A stretch of DNA of 40,254 bases, taken from IMG/VR virus record IMGVR_UViG_3300028430_000454. One strand, written 5' to 3'. Position numbers and translations under genes: made by a program. This document shows positions 38,963-40,254 of this stretch, piece by piece (position 1 is the first letter of the stretch; the number at the start of each line of letters is the position of its first letter). The notes beneath the pieces are model-generated. The model was not told where the DNA came from and did not search any database. It worked only from the letters and a program-made list of their open reading frames with translations. The stretch comes from a virus.

Positions 38963-39103
38963 CCCCGTAAGCGGTGAGTGGGGACATAAACCGCCGCAGT
39001 GAGTGACGTAACTCGGCCCCTGTTTTGGTCAGGTTACCGAGATATGCGGGGACACCTTTCTCCTCCCGGGCACTCACACCCCCTACAACGTAAGGAGTAT
39101 CTC

Positions 39104-39277
39104 ATGGTCAACCAGCACATAAAAGCGTCTGAGCGCACCCGGTTCGCCCGCAGCACGAGAGAAGCATTCGGCGTGTATTACCCGATAACCCCCCGCGTGA
39201 ATTGGGGGGATCGTTTCGTGGGGATCTGCTGCGTGATAGGCACCATTGTACTCATCTGGATGGGGGTGCTGTCGTGA
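39104..39277 (+). CDS. small membrane-anchored protein
   Basis: ATG at 39104 with TAAGGAG upstream, inside track ORF 38999..39277. 57 aa with a C-terminal TM (FVGICCVIGTIVLIWMGVL). Confidence 0.45.
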   Translation: MVNQHIKASERTRFARSTREAFGVYYPITPRVNWGDRFVGICCVIGTIVLIWMGVLS

Positions 39278-39307
39278 GCGGGCGCGCAGGGTGAATGGGA
39301 GAAGCGA

Positions 39308-39538
39308 ATGACGATCAAAGATGGCGGGCCTGCGTTTCCAGGCACGATCCAGTATTTCCCCGACGACAAGAACGCGGACGAAGAAAAGGGCATGACCCTG
39401 CGCGACCACTTCGCGGGGCTGGCGATGACGCAGTTCATTGGCTTTGGGACGAAGTCAGACGATGAGTATTTTGAACTCGGCGCACGGGCTGCATACAAGA
39501 TGGCTGACGCCATGCTCAAGGCACGGGAGGCCGAATGA
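39308..39538 (+). CDS. conserved phage hypothetical protein (GGPAFP motif)
   Basis: 76-aa track ORF. The DGGPAFPG...GMTLRDHFAGLAM pattern recurs in many phage genomes. Function unknown. Confidence 0.6.
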   Translation: MTIKDGGPAFPGTIQYFPDDKNADEEKGMTLRDHFAGLAMTQFIGFGTKSDDEYFELGARAAYKMADAMLKAREAE

Positions 39539-39747
39539 CCCTCCGAGCCTACCTAATCACGATGCGCGGCCGCATCCGCGAGGCGCTGTGTCCGGAGTTG
39601 CAGGCGTTGCGGGACGAGAACGCGCTGCTGCGGCGGCGCGCGATGAACGCATATCGCACGGGCTATTCGGATGCGCTGCGTGCGTGCGACATCATGGGCG
39701 CTTTGTCGGCACGGGCTGAATTTGACAGGAGGTTGAGAGATGAGTGA
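39535..39747 (+). CDS. hypothetical protein
   Basis: 70-aa track ORF with an ATGA overlap on the upstream stop. Confidence 0.5.
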   Translation: MTLRAYLITMRGRIREALCPELQALRDENALLRRRAMNAYRTGYSDALRACDIMGALSARAEFDRRLRDE

Positions 39748-40003
39748 GCCGATCAAGGACGAGGCACCGCCCCCAGCAGCCGCTATTGCACATCTCGAAA
39801 CCCGCCGCCTTGTGCTGCTTTGGAAAGAACTCGGCACGATGAAATGGGCGGGCGCAGACGAGGGTTGGGACCACGCGATAGAGGCAGTGCGCCGCCGACT
39901 GGATGAAGAATGCCTGCGGGTGCTGGCATGGAAGAAGCAAGTGGAGCAGTCGGAAATGACTACCAAGGAATTGTTGCAGAAATTGCAGGAGTTGCCCGAA
40001 TGA
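39740..40003 (+). CDS. hypothetical protein
   Basis: 87-aa track ORF overlapping the upstream gene by 8 nt. It starts MSEPIK. Confidence 0.5.
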   Translation: MSEPIKDEAPPPAAAIAHLETRRLVLLWKELGTMKWAGADEGWDHAIEAVRRRLDEECLRVLAWKKQVEQSEMTTKELLQKLQELPE

Positions 40004-40242
40004 CCGAGCCGATCAAGCAACCTGAAGCCCTGCGGCTGGCTGATGCGCTTGGGCTGTACTACACACACCTCACAGCGGTGCCTGACATCAACCGTGAAGC
40101 CGCCGCCGAACTGCGCCGGTTGCATGCCGAGAACGAGAGGCTGCGGGCATTGCTTACCCGTTACCGCAACGAGACGCCGCTCGGCCATCAGCCGCACATG
40201 GTCGCGCACGAAGTGGACGCCGCACTGAAGGAGACGAAATGA
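40000..40242 (+). CDS. hypothetical coiled-coil protein
   Basis: ATG at 40000 overlaps the upstream TGA (ATGA), inside track ORF 39910..40242. 80 aa, starting MTEPIK. The last 43 nt lie in the contig-end repeat. Confidence 0.5.
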   Translation: MTEPIKQPEALRLADALGLYYTHLTAVPDINREAAAELRRLHAENERLRALLTRYRNETPLGHQPHMVAHEVDAALKETK

Positions 40243-40254
40243 GCGATACGCCGA
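40200..40254. repeat. contig-end direct repeat, copy 2
   Basis: Identical to nt 1-55. Confidence 0.95.

Noticed and set aside
39553-40209. 218-aa minus-strand ORF
   Set aside because: It is antisense to four coupled small plus-strand ORFs and gives an Arg/Ser-rich peptide.

Overview
The window is a complete, circularly closed dsDNA phage genome. Nt 1-55 repeat exactly at 40200-40254 and ORFs read through the junction, giving 40,199 unique nt.

All family names come from motif recognition by eye; no database search was run.

Layout:
- Minus strand, 21214 down to 876: a podovirus / T7-supergroup-like late module. It runs terS, terL, portal, a seven-gene insertion, scaffold, major capsid, tubular-tail-like proteins, internal/ejection proteins, tail fibre, then small membrane proteins.
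- Minus strand, 25996 down to 22785: an early block with a primase-helicase and three small ORFs.
- Plus strand, 26250 through the junction to 680: small early ORFs, DUF932, family-A DNA polymerase, PD-(D/E)XK nuclease, VRR-NUC and an SNF2 helicase. After these come a DNA-base-modification island and small ORFs.

I found no phage RNA polymerase, integrase or repressor module, tRNA, CRISPR array, reverse transcriptase or recognisable endolysin.

Most interesting signals:
1. 34272-38920 is a candidate DNA hypermodification island. It holds a thymidylate-synthase-like enzyme, an aGPT-Pplase-like protein, a DxD GT-A-like transferase, an FkbM methyltransferase and a DUF3310 protein. No P-loop 5-hmdU kinase is present, so the gene set matches no pathway I know.
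2. 21233-22784 is a roughly 1.5-kb regulatory hub holding only one small ORF. It has at least six repeat families, including a 33-bp tandem array, 3 x 21-bp palindromic operators next to a sigma54-like -24/-12 element, and iterons.
3. A 28-nt promoter core occurs five times, each followed by a GTGGCA/TGCCAC palindrome.
4. The portal-scaffold insertion carries a domain that occurs three times across two proteins.
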